Made by a program: the position numbers and the translations under genes. Positions 29,640 through 31,581 of a stretch of DNA of 31,581 nt are shown here, in pieces. The DNA comes from Macrostomum lignano (lineage: Eukaryota): positions 1 through 31,581 of the forward strand of contig NIVC01004916.1 in the NCBI GenBank assembly GCA_002269645.1. The letters run 5' to 3'. Below the pieces are notes generated by a model. The model saw nothing but the letters and a program-made list of their open reading frames with translations, made no database searches and was not told the origin of the DNA. Within the stretch, counting starts at the first letter, position 1; each line of letters opens with the position of its first letter.

Positions 29640-30564
29640 ACATAACATTAGTAGAACTGTTTCAAATTTCTTTACAAATTTTTTGCCTCGTTTTCGCAAA
29701 TTTAGCAAAAAAATCTCTAAACGGACGCTAGCGTAAGCAGTAGCTGATGCGCGTATTGTTAATATTATTGAATCCGTCTGTGTCGCCGAGCACATTTTAA
29801 TTTTTTTTGAAGTCAGTAGCAGGTAACGAATGTTATATAATAATTGTTATTTGACTTCAACTTTAATAACATCAGAAAAGTTTCTTAATGATAAATGACT
29901 CAGTGTACTTTTTATATATGAGTAATAAGGAAATTGCGTGAGCTGCCCTGAATGAAACGTTTCGTGTACTTGTTTTATGCTGTCTCTCGTGTAAATTTTC
30001 TTTAAAATTTGGAATTTGAATTGCTTTGCTACTTAAAGTAGGATCAACTGCTTTATTGTCAGTAATATCTCATCTACTAACAGTTGGCTTGGAGCTCAGA
30101 ATCTGTTTGAAGCATTCCAAATGTGTTTACCAATATATACAATATCACATTCCTTAATTTAAAAAAAAAATTTTATCGTGTCTTTTTAAATAGCCTGCTC
30201 TACAGCTGATAAGAGTACAAAATTTTTAATTAATCTAACCGTTTTACTATTCTGTACTTTAATAGGCTGTTAATTTATAGTGGAGTACGCTAATCTCTGT
30301 TAGTGTCTGAGTCTGTTTGTGTCTGCAAACAGATAAAATATAAAAATAAACTGCATATTGCTACATGTTTTTTCTACCCCATCAGCTACGTATAGTATTC
30401 AATATTGGCCTTTCTATACAGTCCCCGGTATTTAAGCGCGTAAATTAAAATTCTTGATTTGCATTCTCTTCATAATTCATTTGTTTTATTATGCAGCAGA
30501 ACTCCGTAGGGTGGGCTGTTTATTGATCTGTTTTTTGTAGCCAACAAACACTTGGAGATCGAAC

Positions 30565-31570
30565 AATAATCGACAATCTATGGGATTCGCCAACAATCTT
30601 AAGAATCAACAATCTATGGGAATCGCCAACAATCTCCTTGAGAATCAACAATCTATGGGATCGCCAACAATTTAAGAATCAACAATCTATGGGAATCGCC
30701 AACAATTTCCTTAGAATCAACATCTATGGAATCGCCACAATTTCCTTGAGAATCAACAATCTATGGAATCGCCAACAATTTCCTTGAGAATCAACAATCT
30801 ATGGGAATCGCCAACAATTTCTTGAGAATCAACAATCTATGGGAATCGCCAACAATTTCCTTGAGAATCAACAATCTATGGGAATCGCCAACAATCTCCT
30901 TAAGAATCAACAATCTATGGGAATCGCCAACAATTTCCTTGAGAATCAACAATCTATGGGATTCGCCAACAATTTCCTTAGAGAATCAAAATCTATGGGA
31001 TTCGCCAACAATTTCCTTGAGAATCAACAATCTATATGGAATGCCAACAATTCCTTGAGAATCAACAATCTATGGGAATCGCCAACAATTTCCTTGAGAA
31101 TCAACAATCTATGGGATTCGCCAACAATTTCCTTGAGAATCAACAATCTTATGGATTCGCAACAATTTCCTTGAGAATCAACAATCTATGGGATTCGCCA
31201 ACAATTTTGAGAATCAACAATCTATGGGAATTCGCCAACAATTTCCTTGAGAATCAACAATCTATGGGATTCGCCAACAATTTCCTTGAGAATCAACAAT
31301 CTATATGAAATCGCCAACAATCTCCTTGAGAATCAACATCTATAGGAATCGCCAACAATTCTCCTTGAGAATCAACAATCTATAGGAATTGCCAACAATC
31401 TCTTGAGAATCAACAATCTATAGGAATGCCAACAATCTCCTTGAGAATCAACAATCTATAGAAATCGCCAACAATCTCCTTAAGAATCAACCATCTATTG
31501 GAATTCGCCAACTATCTCTTTGAGAATCAACAATCTATGGAATCGCCAAAATCTCTTGAGAATCAACAGC
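30565..31570. repeat. 39-bp minisatellite (GAGAATCAACAATCTATGGGAATCGCCAACAATTTCCTT), ~26 units with many 1-nt indels, reaching almost to the window end
   Basis: Direct tandem repetition. The 13-aa periodicity explains the ORFs 30801-31308. Confidence 0.95.
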
Positions 31571-31581
31571 TGTACCAGAAT

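Noticed and set aside
30801-31308. MGIANNFLENQQS repeat ORFs
   Set aside because: These are translations of the 39-bp minisatellite, broken by frequent indels.

Overview
Eukaryotic (metazoan, invertebrate) genomic DNA. The GC-rich exons and introns packed with minisatellites resemble the flatworm Macrostomum, but that host assignment is inference only. From left to right the window holds: (1) a probable LTR-retrotransposon 3' remnant; (2) a 7-exon STK32/YANK kinase gene (+, 3591-11716) with one apparent 1-nt frameshift, whose catalytic HRD/DFN exon is bracketed by two interleaved pairs of inverted satellites; (3) a decayed 1.28-kb mariner; (4) a second decayed mariner (15066-22787) that contains a 172-bp hAT-type MITE and a ~6-kb element; (5) a 3-exon secreted, probably GPI-anchored, Cys-rich protein gene (+, 24104-29639); and (6) a terminal 39-bp minisatellite. 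The ~6-kb element encodes an intact, 4-exon, ~1171-aa DDE/CxxH (hAT-like) transposase ending in an RG/RGG box, a Spindlin-type Tudor-like domain and an acidic tail; this is the most interesting object in the window. Most long ORFs in the supplied track are artefacts of tandem repeats. All exon joins and motif counts were done by hand and no database searches were run.
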